Assembly: GCF_963921235.1 (NCBI RefSeq)
Contig: NC_086108.1
Location: 83,144,001-83,208,000 of the forward strand
DNA length: 64,000 bases
Source: Mobula hypostoma
Taxonomy: Eukaryota
Reading direction: 5' to 3'
Position 1 is the stretch's first letter; every line of letters starts with the position of its first letter. The translations under genes and the position numbers were made by a program. The notes under the pieces are model-generated. The model saw only the letters and a list, made by a program, of their open reading frames with translations. It was not told where the DNA came from and did no database searches. Below, in pieces: positions 47,745-61,324 of this stretch.

Positions 47745-50155
47745 TTGCCCACAGGAGGTAACGAATGGTAGCAGATGGAGCATATTTGCCTGGAGGTCAG
47801 TGATCCAGTGGTTATCCACAGGAACCTCTTCTGGACCCCTACTCTTTGTGATTTTTATAAATGGCTTGGATGAGGAAGTAGAAGGGTGGTTTAGTAAATT
47901 TGCAGAAGACACAAAGATTGGTCATATTGCAAATAGTTTAGAAGGTTATTGTAGGTTACTCTATGTTACATAATTGACTCAGTTGATATTCATTGTTGCT
48001 GGTAACGTAACATCTAGGACACTGATAGGATGTAGAGCTGGGCTGAGAAGTGGCAGATGGAATGCAATCTGGAAAAGTATGAAGTGATTCAGTGTGGAAG
48101 GTGGAATTTGAAGCAGTATAGAGTTAATATCAGGAACACAGGGATCTTGAGGTCCACACCCATAGATGCCTCAAAGTTGGTGCCCAAGTGAAGGTATATT
48201 ATGTGTTGGCCTTCTTTAGTTGGGGGATTGAATTAAAGAATGGCAATATAATGTTGCAACTTTATATAACTCTGTTAAGATCACACTTGGTTTATAATGT
48301 ACCGTTCTGGTCCCCTCATTATAGCAAGGATATGGAAGCTTTAGAAAGGTGCAGAGGAGATTTTCCAGGATGCTGTCTAGATTAGAGAGGATGTCTTTTG
48401 AGGAAAGGTTGAGCGAACTAGAGCTTTCCTCTTTGGAACAAAGGATGAGATGTGACTTGATGGAGATGGAGAAGATCCTGAGAGGCAGGACTTATGAACA
48501 TTTGGAGAGGTATAATATGATTCGGGATAGTCAGCATGGCTTTGTCAAGGGCAGGTTGTGCCTTATGAGCCTGAATGAATTTTTTGAGGATGTGACTAAA
48601 CACATTCATGAAGGAAGAGCAATAGATGTAGTGAATATGGATTTCAGTAAGACATTTGATAAGGTACCCATGCAAGGCTTATTGAGAAAGTAAGGAGGCA
48701 TGGGATGCAAGGGGACATTGCATTGTGGATCCAGAACTGGCTTGCCCACAGAAGGCAAAGAGTGGTTGGGTAGACGGGTCATATTCTGCATGGAGGTCGG
48801 TGACCAGTGGTGTGCCTCAGGGATCTGTTCTGGGACCTTTACTCTTTGTGATTTTTATAAATGACCTGGATGAGGAATTGGAGGGATGGGTTGGTAAGTT
48901 TGCTGATGACACAAAGATTGGGGCTGTTGTGGATAATGTGGAGAGCTGTCAGAGGTTGCAGCAGGACATTGATAGATGCAAAACTGGACTGAGAAGTGGC
49001 AGATGGCGTTCAACCCAGATAAGTATGAAGTGGTTAATTTTGGTAGGTCAAATATGATGGCAGAATATAGTATTAATGGTAAGACTCTTGGCAGTGTGGA
49101 GGATCAGAGGGATCTTGGGGTTTGAGTCCATAGGACTCTCAAAGCAGCTGCGCAGGTTGACTCTGTGGTTAGGAAGGCGTATGGTATACTGGCCTTCATC
49201 AATCGTGGAATTGAATTTAGGAGCCGAGAGGTAATATTGCAGCTATATAGGACCCTGGTCAGACCCCAGTTGGAGTACTGTGCTCACTTCTGGTCACCTC
49301 ACTACAGGAAGGATGTGGAAGCTATAGAAAGGGTTCAGAGGAGATTTACAAGGATGTTGCCTGGATTGGGGAGCATGCCTTATGAAAGCAGGTTGAGTGA
49401 ACTCAGCCTTTTCTCCTTGGAGCAACACAGGATGAGAGGTGACCTGAAAGAGGTGTATAAGACGATGAGAGGCATTGATCATGTGGACAGTCAGAGGCTT
49501 TTCCCCAGGGCTGAAATGGTTGCCACAAGAGGGCACAGGTTTAAGGTGCTGGGGAGTAGGTACAGAGAAGATGTCAGGGGTAAGTTTTTTACTCAGAGAG
49601 TGTGTGGAATGGGCTGCTGGCAACAGTGGTGGAGGCGGATACGATAGGGTCTTTTAAGAGACTTTTGGATAGTTACATGAAGCTTAGAAAAATAGAGGCC
49701 TATGTGTAAGCCTAGTAATTTCTAAGGTAGGGACATGTTTGGCACAACTTTGTGGGCCGAAGGGCCTGTATTGTGCTGTAGGTTTTCTATGTTTCTATGA
49801 TAGCGGTGTACAAGATGATAAGAGCCATAGATAGAGTGGACATCCAGAGACCTTATCCCGGGTCAGAAATAGGTAATACAAAATGGTATAATGGTATAAA
49901 GATGTTTAGAGGAAAGTGGGGGCAATGTCAGAGTTAGGTTTTTTACATAGAGAGTGGTGGGTGGAAAGCGCTCACAAGGGGTGGTTGCAGAGGAAGATAC
50001 TTTAGGGACATTTAAGAAACTCATAGATAGGCACAGGGAAGGAAGGAAAATGAAGCACTATGTGGGAGGAGAGGGCTAGATTGATTTTAGAGTAAGTTAA
50101 AGAGTTGTCTGAACATTGTGGGACAAAGGGCTTGTACTGTTTTGTGTTCTATGAG
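47745..50155 (+). mobile_element. Old CR1 fragment (47745-48462, 49799-50155) split by a younger CR1
   Basis: RMRCDL|IAVYKMIR is continuous across the insert. Confidence 0.75.
48463..49798 (+). mobile_element. Younger CR1 RT/3' fragment nested in CR1
   Basis: SQHGFVKG, GVPQGSVLGP, KFADDTK, RPQLEYC; tail ttttctatgtttctatg; same subfamily as 37978-41670. Confidence 0.88.
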
Positions 50156-51309
50156 ATACCAATGGTCTGCATCAGTGCAATCATTGTATTCACTATTTAG
50201 AGCTGATTTGTACTGACACCTGAATAAATACACTTCTTTCCTTTAAAACAGCTGCCATAAATTTGATATTGAAAATAGCACTGATTGGGGTTGGAAGATG
50301 GAATATTTTCTGTTACTATGAATCAACAGTTGCCATCTAAACAACCAACAAACATCATACTCTTCACTGAACACTGGTCTCAGGTTGCAAAATACAGAAG
50401 CCTGGAATGGTGCCAGTGATTTTAGCAGATGAATGCTTAATGTATTTACAAGATGTTTCTCTGTCTGCTTTTAATGGGAGTGTTAACATGTTTATTTTTT
50501 TGAACAGACAGTGCTGTTGTGTCTCATATCTTGACTCTCCAGTGAAGGAAGGACTATTAATCACTGGAATTAGCCACAGCCATTATTCATTCAGGTCTCA
50601 GATGATGCAGATGGAAAACAAGTCTTCATAGAAAGTACAATCTGTCATGGCAATTCATGTGCACTTCTACCATCTCTCCTAAATTATGCAATTGCATGAT
50701 AAACTCTCTGAGGTTTAATTTTATTGAATAAATAAATTAAAAGAAACAAAGTGCTGGAAGCTTATCTGTCAAATTGGTGTCAGGGAGACCTGCGTAGAAG
50801 TGGCTGAGAGCTGGAGAAAGGGAATTTGTTGTTGGACAAGGTTTGGAGTGTCAGGACGTGAGCTATTTCTCCCAGATTCTGATCCAATTTTGTAGCCACA
50901 ATAGTTAGGTGGATTATCCAGATTAGTACTTGATCAACTGTCATATTGCTGATGGAGTCTTAACAATGGTAAAGCTAGTTAAAGTCAAAGGTGGATGATT
51001 GTTGGAAATTTCCATTGGCAGGTATCTGAGTGTTAGAGTTTACTTAATGCCACATAGATGCATACATAAATTGCTTCCTTAACTGAGGAGTTGCAAATAG
51101 ATTTAAACAACAGTGAGCATTTCTCATCTGACTATTTGACAGGAGAAACGTTGTTGATGAAACAGCTGACTTTGGCTGGGTCTAGAACATGGTCTTGAGG
51201 AACTATTGCTGTGACACCTTGGGGCTAATTGACTTACAATGGACTTTTTGTCAGATCTGACTCCAACCAGTGGAAAGTTTTTTCCCTTGAATCTCACTAA
51301 ATACTAATT

Positions 51310-53290
51310 ACTGCAATGCATAACATAGCAAAGGTGAATGGGAAGCCAGAGGGTTGGGAAACTTTTAAAGAGCAACAGAAGGTAATTAAAAAGGCAATAC
51401 GGGGAGAAAAAATGAGGTACGAAGGTAGACTAGCCAAGAATATAAAGGAGGAGAGTAAAAGCTTCTTTAGGTATGTGAAAAGGAAAAAAACAGTTAAGAC
51501 CAAAATTGGGCCCTTGAAGACAGAAGCAGGTGAATTTATTATGGGGAACAAGGAAATGGCAGACGAGTTGAACAGGTACTTTGGATCTATCTTCACTAGG
51601 GACGACACAATCAATCTCCCAGATATAATAGTGGCCAAAGGACCAAGGGTAATGGATGAACTGAAGGAAATTTATATTAGGCAGGAAATGGTGTTGGATA
51701 GGCTGTTGGGTCTGAAGGCTGATAAGTCCCTGGGACCTGATGGTCTGCATCCCAGGGTACTTAAGGAGGTGGCTTTAGAAATCGTGGACGCATTGGTAAT
51801 CATTTTCCAATGTTCTATAGATTCAGGATCAGTTCCTGTGGATTGGAGGGTGGCTAATGTTGTCCCTCTCTTCAAGAAGGGAGGAAGAGAGAAAACAGGG
51901 AATTATAAACTGGTTAGCCTGACGTCAGTGGTGGGAAAGATGCTGGAGTCAATTATAAAAGATGAAATTACAACACATCTGGATAGCAGTAATAGGATCG
52001 GTCCGAGTCAGCATGGATTTACGAAGGGGAAATCGTGCTTGACTAATCTTCTGGAATTTTCTGAGGATGTAACTATGAAAATGGACAAGGGAGAGCCAGT
52101 GGATGTAGTGTACCTGGATTTTCAGAAAGCCTTTGATAAAGTCCCACATAGGAGATTAGTGGGCAAAATTAGGGAATATGGTATTGGGGGCAGAATACTG
52201 ACATGGATTGAAAATTGGCTGGCTGACAGAAAACAAAGAGTAGCAATTAATGGGTCCCTTTCGGAATGGCAGGTGGTGACCAGTGGGGTACCGCAGGGTT
52301 CAGTGCTGGGACCGCAGCTGTTTACAATAGATATTAATGATTTAGATGAGGGAGCTAAAAGTAACATTAGCAAATTTGCCGATGACACAAAGCTGGGTGG
52401 CAGTGTGAAATGTGAAGAGGATGTTATGAGAATGCAGGGTGACTTGGACAGGCTGGGTGAGCGGGCAGATGCAGTTTAATGTGGATAAATGTGAGGTTAC
52501 CCTCTTTGGTGGTAAGAACAGGAAGGCAGATTATTATCTAAATGGAGTCAAGTTAGGAAAAGGGGAAGTACAACGAGATCTAGGTGTTCTTGTACATTAG
52601 TCACTGAAAGCAAGCGTGCAAGTACAGCAGGCAGTGAAGAAAGCTAATAGCATGCTGGCCTTCATAACAAGGGGAATTGAGTATAAGAGCAAAGAGGTCC
52701 TTCTGCAGCTGTACAGGGCCCTGGTGAGACCACACCTGGAGTACTGGGTGCAGTTTTGGTCTCCAAATTTGAGGAAGGACATTCTTGCCATTGAGGGAAT
52801 GCAGCGAAGGTTCACAAGGTTAATTCCCAGGATGGTGGGACTGTCATATGTTGAAATATTGGAGCGACTGGCTTGTATACTCTGGAATTTAGAAGGCTGA
52901 GAGGGGATCTTATTGAAACATATAAGATTATTAAGGGATTGGACACGCTGCAGACAGGAAGCATGTTCCCGCTGATGGGTGAGTCCAGAACCAGAGGCCA
53001 CAGTTTAAGAATAAGGGGTAGGCCATTTAGAATCGAGTTGAGGAAAAACTTCACCCAGAGAGTGGTGGATATATGGAATGCTCTTCCCCAGAAGGCTGTG
53101 GAGGCCAAGTCTCTGGATGCTTTCAAGAAAGAGATGGTTAGAGCTCTTAAAGATAGCAGAATCAAAGGTTATGGGGATAAGGCAGGAACTGGATACTGAT
53201 TGTGGATGATCAGCCATGATCACAGTGAATGGCAGTGCTGGCTCGAAGGGCCGAATGGCCTACTCCTGCACCTATTGTCTATTGCCTATT
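51310..53290 (+). mobile_element. 5'-truncated CR1 LINE, lightly degenerate
   Basis: 387-aa RT ORF 51316-52479, short deletion/frameshift near 52470, tail (ctattg)n. Confidence 0.92.
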
Positions 53291-53463
53291 GCTTTCTCAT
53301 GCTGTGCTGAATCAAGTTCTGCTTTCATGTCAAGGAAGACCAACCACATTCCACTCTGGAATCCTGTTGATTGATCTATATTTGGACAAAGTGTGTGCTC
53401 CTGCCAAAACACATTGATGACCCAGATTCCTGGCGAATAAATCTGCTTTACATCATTCGACAT

Positions 53464-53543
53464 CAAGGGTTCCCAATCTTTTTTATGCCATGGACCCAAA
53501 CCATTAACCAAGAGGTCTGTTGACACCAGCTTGGAAACACCTG
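53464..53543. mobile_element. hAT-type MITE, copy 2
   Basis: Shares tcccaa.cttttttatgccatggacc.aaaccatta with 43217-43295. Confidence 0.6.
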
Positions 53544-53645
53544 TTCAAGATTGAAAGAAAATCAATTGATTAGGCAGTCATTAACACAAAACAATTTCTC
53601 TTGAACATTGCGAACACAATATATCTGGACTATTCTCCCTCACTC

Positions 53646-54130
53646 ATATAAGACCATAAGATATATGAGCAGAAGTAGGACATTCGGCCCATCGAGTCTG
53701 CTCCGCCATTCAATCATGGGTTGATCCAATTCTTTCAGTCATCCCCACTCCCCTGCTTTCACCCCATACCCTTTGATGCCCTGGCTAATCTAGAACCGAT
53801 CTACCTCTGCCTTAAATGCACCCAATGACTTGGCCTCCACAGCTGCTTGTGGCAACAAATTCCTCAGATTTACCACCCTCTGACTAAAGTAATTTCTCCG
53901 CATCTCTGTTCTAAATAGACGTCCTTAAATAGACGTCCTTCGTTACTAAAGTCATGCCCTCTTGTCCTAGACTCCCCTACCATGGGAAGTAACTTTGCCA
54001 TATCTAATCTGTTCAGGCCTTTTAACATTTGGAATGTTTCTATGAGATCCCCCCTCATTCTCCTGAATTCCAGGGAATACAGCCCAAGAGCTGCCAGACC
54101 TTCCTCATACAGTAACCCTTTCACTCCTGG
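53646..54130 (-). mobile_element. CR1 3' fragment
   Basis: LYSLEFRRMRGDLIET; tail (cttatggt)-like. Confidence 0.85.
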
Positions 54131-54439
54131 GTTTATATTTCACTTGCACTGTAGTGGCTTGACTAAAAGCCTAGTTTCTTCTAGAGAATTGAAACAATGC
54201 TGTCTTGTCCCAAAACCAGTGCATTCACATGGAGCAAATTGATATATGCTGGAGTGATTTCTATGATTCTGTGAGAAGCTCAAGAGGAACCCACCATTCA
54301 GCACCAAAAAAAAGATTTCTGAAATCACATCTGTGCATTTGGCATCCATCAGAACAAAAATGGATCAAGGAAAGGGATAATACTGACAATGAATGGGGCA
54401 ACAATTCTGAAACAAAAACAGCAGGCCCCAAGGCCAAAG

Positions 54440-54715
54440 GCCATGTTGCAGTGGCGGTCCTTTTTTAGGATTTGTCAACTACTATAACAGGCTCCTGCCA
54501 AATGTGGCTACTGGGTTCCAGCCTTGAACTCCTTGCTACAGATCAGGAAGAAATAGCAGTGTAAGATGGCTTTCAGGAAAGTAAAGGAAATGGTGATACC
54601 AGACAGTGAACTCAAACATGACCCATATTGCCCAGTGAAGCTTACCTATGACACCTGGCCTTATGGTATAGGTACAATCATGCCACGTGTTTTGAGTGAC
54701 GGAAGTGAGACAGGA
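54440..54715 (+). pseudogene. Ty3/Gypsy pol remnant (RT connection and RNase H start)
   Basis: FLGFVNYYNRLLPNVAT and AFRKVKEM...PVKLTYDTWPYGIGTIM..VLSDGSE resemble the Gypsy FLG..NYY..F.P and L..DAS.YG.GAV....DG.E motifs. Confidence 0.6.
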
Positions 54716-54779
54716 CAGAGTGAAGGGCAGAGGCTATTGCATCGTCAGTGCATTGATTGGAGCAATAAACAAACTGGAA

Positions 54780-55912
54780 AGATGCAAAGGACTTGGCAAT
54801 CCTTGTGCAGGATTCCCTAAAGGTTAACTTGCAGGTTGAGATGGTGGGAAAGAAGGCAAATGCAATGATAGCATTTATTTTGAGAGGACAATAATACAGC
54901 AACAAGGATATAATGTGATGTTTTATAAGGTATTGGTCAGACCATACTTGGAGTATTATGAGCAGTTTCAGGCCCTTTATCTAAGCAAAAATATACTGTG
55001 TTGCAATGTACACTGGCCAATATTGGAAATCAAGTGCAGAGGAATGACAGGCTCTTCATGTAGAAATGGCAATGAGAGTTTATTTATAATAATTCCAAAA
55101 GAAAATCAGTGGCTCGGCCAAACAACACCGCGAGAAGTAATATTCTCAAAACTAGTTTCCTCCAGTTAGCACTAATCAAGCATCCATTTAAATAATACAA
55201 GTAACATGCAATCCCTGAGTCTATCAAAATAAACTTAACAGGCTTAAGCAGAAGGCACTGGGAGACTGCATTACAAAGACCGAGTTTTTTGAGAAAACAC
55301 AAGGAACTCTAAATGATTAATAACTGTTATTAAACAACAATAAACTGATTCAGGTGCTCTAAAAACCTCAGAATCTATTGCTCACCGGTGCTCTGCACAG
55401 GCCCAAAGAACTCATTACAGTGCTGGCATAGGAGAGGGTCCAGTGGAGTTTCACAAGAATGATTATGGGAATGAAAGGGTTAAGGTGTGAGGAGCATTTG
55501 ATGGCTTTGAGCCTGTACTCACTAGAGTTCAGAAGAATGAGGGAGGAAGCCTACGGAATACTGAGAAGCCTAGACAAAGTAGATGTGGAGAGGATGATTT
55601 TCATAATGGATGAGTCTAGGACAAAAGGGCACAGCTTCAGAACAGGGGTACATTCATTTAGAAGAGAGATGAGGAAGGATTTCTTTAACCAGAGGGTAGT
55701 GAATCTGTGGAATTCTTTGCCGCTTGTGGCTGTGGGGGCCAAATCATTGGGTATATTTGAAGTGGAAGTCAATAGACCTTGATTAATCAGGGCCTGAAAG
55801 GTTATGGAGAGCAGAGAATGTGGTTGAAAGGGATAATAAATCAGCCATGATGGAATGGCAAAGCAGACTTGATGAGCTGAATAGCCTAACTCTGCTCTTA
55901 TCTCTTATGGTC
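54780..55912 (+). mobile_element. Degenerate CR1 3' fragment split by a 421-bp insert
   Basis: FYKVLVRPYLEY before the insert; LA.ERVQ and RVVNLWNSLP after it. Confidence 0.8.
54999..55419 (-). mobile_element. Candidate solo LTR
   Basis: Discrete insert in CR1 with TGT...ACA ends (minus: TGTAATG...GCAACA), AATAAA ~80 nt from the minus-strand 3' end, imperfect flanking duplication atactg/gtgctg. Confidence 0.55.
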
Positions 55913-56099
55913 CTTTTTCATATTTAATATACTATATTCAGCTCTCAAGAGGAGGTTTCTCTGCACTGCAGAAACCAAACATTGTTTCAGTGAACACTCT
56001 ACAGAATATTTCTCGTCAGTCTTTTGGTGTATCCTTTACGTCTTCAGTCACCTGACACTATAACTCTCCATTTCCCGCCCATTATGACTTCTCTGCCTT

Positions 56100-57950
56100 G
56101 GTACTGGATAGTGGTTAGCACAATGCTATTACAGCTTAGAGTGTCGGATTTCAGAGTCCATTTCTGGCATCCACTGTATAGAGTTTGTACGTTTTACCCT
56201 GGGTGCTCCGGTTTCCTCCCACAGTCCAAATGCATACCAGTTAATTGGTCATTGTAAATCATCCTGTAATTTACATGTACCAGTATTACAGAGTTAGTAA
56301 AAGGAATCACAGAGGCAAGAGAGAGGAGCTGGCCAGAAATGATTGGAAAAGAACACTGGCAGGGATGATGGCAGATCAGCAAAGGTTGGAATTTCTGGAA
56401 GCAATTTGGAAGGCACAGGATATATACATCCCAAAGAGGAAGAAGTATTCTAAAGGAAAGATAACACAACTGTGGCTAATAAGAGAAGTCAAAGCCAACA
56501 TAAAAGCCATAAAGAGGGCATATAATAGAGCAAAAGATAATGAGAAGTTAGAGGATTGGGAAGCTTTTAAAAAACAACAAAAGGCAACTAAAAAAAGTCA
56601 TTAAGAAAGTAAAGATAGAATATAAAAGTAAGCTAGCCAATAATATTAAGGAGGATACCAAAAGTTTCTTCAGATGCATAAAGTGTAAAAAAGATGTGAG
56701 AGTGGATATCGGACCACTGGAAAATGATGCCGGAGAGTTAGTAATGGGGGACAACAAAATGGCAGATGACCTGAATAAGTATTTTGCATCAGTCTTCACG
56801 GTGGAAGAAACTAGCAGTATGATGAAAGTTCCAGGTGTCAGGGGTTAGAGTTATCATAAGTAGAGAGAAGGTTCTTGGGAAACTGAAAGATTTAAAGGTA
56901 GATACGTCATCTAGACCAGATGGTGTATACCCCAGAGCTCTGAAAGTGGTGGCAGAAGGGTTTGTGGAGGCTTAGTAATGATCTTTCAAGAATCTCTAGA
57001 TTCTGGAATGGTTCCGGAAGTCTGGAAAATTGCAAATGTCACTTAACCCTTTGCGAATGGGGAGAGGCAGAAGAAAGGAAAAGGTAGGTTATTTAGTCTG
57101 GCCTCAGCAGTTGGGAAGATGTTGGAAGCGATTATTAAGGATGATACCTCAGGGTACTTAGAGGCACATGATAAAATAGGCGATAGTCAGCATGGTTTCC
57201 TCAAGGGAAAATCTTGCCTGACAAATCTGCTGGAATTCTTTGAAGAAATAATAAGCAGCATTGATGATGGAGAACCAATTAATGAGGTGTACTTGGATTT
57301 TCAGAAGGCCTTTAACAAGGTGCTACACTTGAGTCTACTTAACAAGCTATGAGCCCACTTTATTACAGGAAAGATTCTAGTATAAATGAAGCAGTGACTG
57401 ATTGGCAGGAGACAAAGAGTGAGAATAATGGGAGCCTTTTCTGGTTATCTGTTGGTAACTAGTGGTGTTCCACAGGGGTCTGTGTTGGGACCGATTCTTC
57501 TTACGTTATATGTCAATGATTTGAATGATGGAATTGATGGCTTTGTTGCAAAGGTTGCAGACAATATGAAGATAAGTGGAGGGGCAGGTAGCTTTGAGGA
57601 AGTAGAGAGGCTACAGAAGGACTTAAGCATATTAGGAGAATGGGCAAAGAAGTGGCAGATGGAATACAGTGTTGGGAAGTGTATGGCCATGAACTTTGGT
57701 AGAAGAAATGAAAGGGTTGGCTATTTTCTACTAAAGGACTAAAGGATTGCTTTAAAGGATTGGGACTGAGAGGAAAATTGGACCAGCCATGATGAAATGA
57801 CTGGGCAGACACAGTCCAAATGGTTTAATTCTGCTCCTATATCTTGAGGTCTTATGGATCAGGCTCGGGGTTAAAAATAGTTTGGTTGCTGGGCTGTGCA
57901 GCTAGTTGAGCTGGAAGGACCTGTTCCATGCTATATCTCTAATTAAAATG
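56100..57950 (+). mobile_element. V-domain-type SINE (56100-56275, tail 57858-57950) split by a CR1
   Basis: gggtgctccggtttcctcccacagtccaaa core; the tail gagctggaaggacctgttccatgct resumes after the CR1. Confidence 0.6.
56280..57857 (+). mobile_element. Degenerate CR1 (linker + RT), internally deleted
   Basis: SQHGFLKGKSCLTNL, YLDFQKAF, GVPQGSVLGP. Confidence 0.85.
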
Positions 57951-58309
57951 AAATTTTAAAAATAATGCTCCCATGATGCTCCAGGAATAGCACCTTATCT
58001 TCTCTCTATGTGCATTACATCCTGGACCTTAATGTTGATCTGAACAGCCTCATGTGACCAGCCTTTCCAGTTCATGACAGAACTAGCAGCTCTGATAAAA
58101 AGTCTGCAATCTGTAATGTTAATGATGTATATTTATCTTTTCACAGCTGCTGCCTGATCTGCTGACTATTAGAGTCATAGAATCATAGAGTCATACAGCA
58201 TGGAAAAAGATTCATTCATTCATGTATTCAGTAGAACTATATTAGAAACCAAAGCGACTCCTTGTGCAAAGATGAAGTTTAAGTTATCAACAATTATTTG
58301 GTGATTTTA

Positions 58310-59420
58310 GCTTTCTAGCTGTTTATTGACTCTCGCTCAGCATTTAGCACAATCATTCCTACAGTTCTGAACAAAAAGCTTCAGAATGTGGGCATCCTTT
58401 ACAACTGGATCCTCAACTTCCTCACTGGAAGATCCCTATCTGTGCCAGTCAGAAATAAAATCTTCACCTCACTGACAATCAACACTGGCGCACCTCAGGA
58501 GTATGTACTTAGCCCATTTTTCTACTCTCTACACTCATGACTGTGTGGCTAGGCACACAATAAATGCCATCTTAAATTTGATGATGATACGACTTTTGCT
58601 GGCAGAATTTTAGATGGTAACAAGAGGGCATTCAGGAGTGAATTATATCAGTTTGTTGAGTAGTGTCACAGCAACAACCTGGCACTCAACATCAGTAAGA
58701 CCAAAGAACTGATTGTGGACTTCCGAAAAGATAAGATGAGGGAGCACACTCCAGTCCTCATGGAGGGATGAAAAGTGGAAAGAGTGAACAATTTCAAGTT
58801 CCTGGGTGTCAATATCTGTGAGGATCTGTCCTGGACTGAACATATCGTTGCAGCTACAAAGAAGGCATGACAGCAGTTACATTTCATTTGGAGTTTGAGG
58901 AGAATTGGTACATCACCAAAGACACTTGCAAATTTCTACAGGTGTACTGTGGAGAGTATTCTACTAGCTCCATCAAAGTCTGGAATAATGCTACTTGGAC
59001 AGGATCGAAGTGAGCTGCAGGGAGTTGTAAAATTAGTCAGCTCCATCATGGACACTCCGTAGTATCCAGGACATCGTCAAGGAGCAATGCCTCAAAAAGG
59101 CGACATCCATCATTAAGGACCAATATTACCCAGGTCATGCCTTGTTCTCATTGCTACCATCAGAAAGCCTGATGGCACATACTTATCAATTCAGGAACAG
59201 CTTCTTCCCCTCTGCCATCCAATTTCTGAAAGGGTACTGAACCCATGAACACTACCTTTTTTTAATTTCTATTTTTGCATGACTTATTTAATTTAATTAT
59301 TTTAGATATATAAATATATACTTACGGTCATTTATTATTATGTATTGTAATGTACTGCTGCCACAAAGACAACGGATTTCACAACATATGCCGGTGATAT
59401 TAAACCTGATTCTGACTCTA
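58310..59420 (+). mobile_element. Rex1/Babar-type LINE, degenerate RT and 3' UTR
   Basis: LFID..SAFSTIIP, WILNFLTGR, NTGAPQ, LYTHDC, LNISKTKELIVDFRK; tail ctgattctga. Confidence 0.85.
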
Positions 59421-59801
59421 ATTCTTCAGTGCTCTAATTAAATTCTGAACATGACTCAGTAACCACAGTCACCCTGTTTGTTATGGTGACTGATATAACC
59501 ATTCACGGTGATAACCAGTTGACTGGTCCAATTAGTTGCCGTCCCTCAGACACAAAATATTGATCTGCGTTGACTGCTGTACTGACCCATCTGTCAGGGT
59601 ATCAGAATTAGGCTAATTGTCAGGTTTATGTCATGAAATTTGTTGTCTTGTGACAGCAGAATAGTGCAATACATAAAAGCTATAAATTACGGTAAGAAAT
59701 ATTATAGATAAATAAACAAATAGATATATAGTTAAGTAACTAAATAGTGCAAAAAAGAGGGCAAAATGTTGGAGGGTAACAAGCTGTTCCTAAATTTTCC
59801 T

Positions 59802-59928
59802 GCAACACACATCAAAGTTGCTGGTGAACGCAGCAGGCCAGGCAGCATCTCTAGGAAGAGGTACAGTCGACGTTTCAGGCCAAGACCCTTCGTCAGGACT
59901 AACTGAAGGAAGAGCTAGTAAGAGATTT
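59802..59928 (-). mobile_element. PLE terminal-repeat fragment, same subfamily as 5317-5598, inside a Rex1 remnant
   Basis: Near-identical to 5323-5447. Confidence 0.8.
59865..59900 (-). ncRNA. Minimal type I hammerhead ribozyme motif (PLE type), intact core
   Basis: Reverse complement reads agtc-CTGACGA-agg(gtcttgg)cct-GAAA-CG-TC-gact, with a perfect 4-bp stem I. Confidence 0.7.
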
Positions 59929-60731
59929 GGTATTAATGAAAAAAGGGCATGTCCCAGACAGTGAGTATCCTTAATGATGGATACCACCTTCTTAATGCAC
60001 TGCCATTTGAAGATGTCCTCAATGGTGGGGAGGCCAGTGCCCTTGATGGAGCTGATGGAGTCTACAACCATCGGCAGCTTTTTTGGATCGGGTGCATTAG
60101 AGATTCCACACCAGACAGTGATGCAACCAGTCAGACCCCGATTCACAATACCGCTGTAGAAATTTTCTAGAATCTTTGGTGACAGAACAAATCTCTTCAA
60201 ACTCTTAATGACATATAGCTGCTTCTGCCATCTGTGGGGCTGCAAAGTGATTCTCTATTGGAATCTTACATAGTTTCTTTCCCAGATGCTGACCCCAGTC
60301 AGAACTAATCACAGAGACTTAAGCCTTCAGAGTTTGAATTGTACATTCTTCAAGGGAGTTTTGACCTTAATGGAAGTTTGGCTCCCCTTCAAATAACCAA
60401 GTAAATTTCTAAACATCAATCCACAGGGGCTGGAAAGCAGTATTGTGTTAGCTAACAGATTGTAGAATTTCTTATACATTCTCAGAAGACCGTTTAAAAT
60501 GAAGATGCTCATGAATGTGTCTCAGAGTCTACAAGCTTCTGATTTGCCTCAGTCCTATGGGACTCTGGAGACACTCCTAATAATACTTTTCAGAAGGTTT
60601 ATACAGTCTCTGATGCCTTTTAAGAGAATGTCTGCCGAGTGTAAATCAAGTTTATTAGCAGATGTTAAAGTAATAAGAATAGTCAAAGTTACTGTATAAT
60701 CAAGTTTTCTATCATACACACAAGTACATAT

Positions 60732-61324
60732 ATGATTATGAAGACACATAGTCCTCTTTTATTGTCATTTAGTAATGCATGCATTAAGAAATGATACATT
60801 ATTTCCTCCGGTGTGATATCACAAAACACAGGACAAACCAAGAATGAAAAAACTGACAAAACTACATAATTATAACATATAGTTGATGAAGAAGTCCGTG
60901 AGCACAGTAAAGTTCAAAGTTTCTCAAATGTCCCACATATCACGCAGACGGGAGAAGGAAGAAAAACTCTCCCTGCCCTGCCGACCACAATCCGACTCCG
61001 AGTCATCTGAAAACTTCGAGCTCTGATCAGCTCTCCGACACTAAGTACTGAGCGCCATCTCTGTCCGAACGATTCGACCTCCTTCTCGGTCACCAAAAGC
61101 AGGCAAGGCTGGGGATTTTGAGGCCTACCCTCGGAAAGATTCACGACCACACAGTAACGACAGCAGCAAACGGGCATTTCAGAAATTTCTCCTGATGTTC
61201 CTCTGTGCTTTTACGTCCATTCTCCATCAAATCAGAATTGCCCATGGCCCCTATTTAATGGATACAATATCATTTTCACCGGAGAGTTGCGCACGCGCAA
61301 TGCGCTGCCATCTTCTCCTCCCGC
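60732..61324 (-). mobile_element. Non-autonomous retroposon, copy 3
   Basis: Reverse complement nearly identical to 19324-19926. Confidence 0.82.

Larger units (their letters stand above)
59600..60230 (-). mobile_element. Rex1-type 3' fragment, interrupted by a PLE repeat
   Basis: LTGCITVWCG...SIIKDTHCLGHALFSL. Confidence 0.75.
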
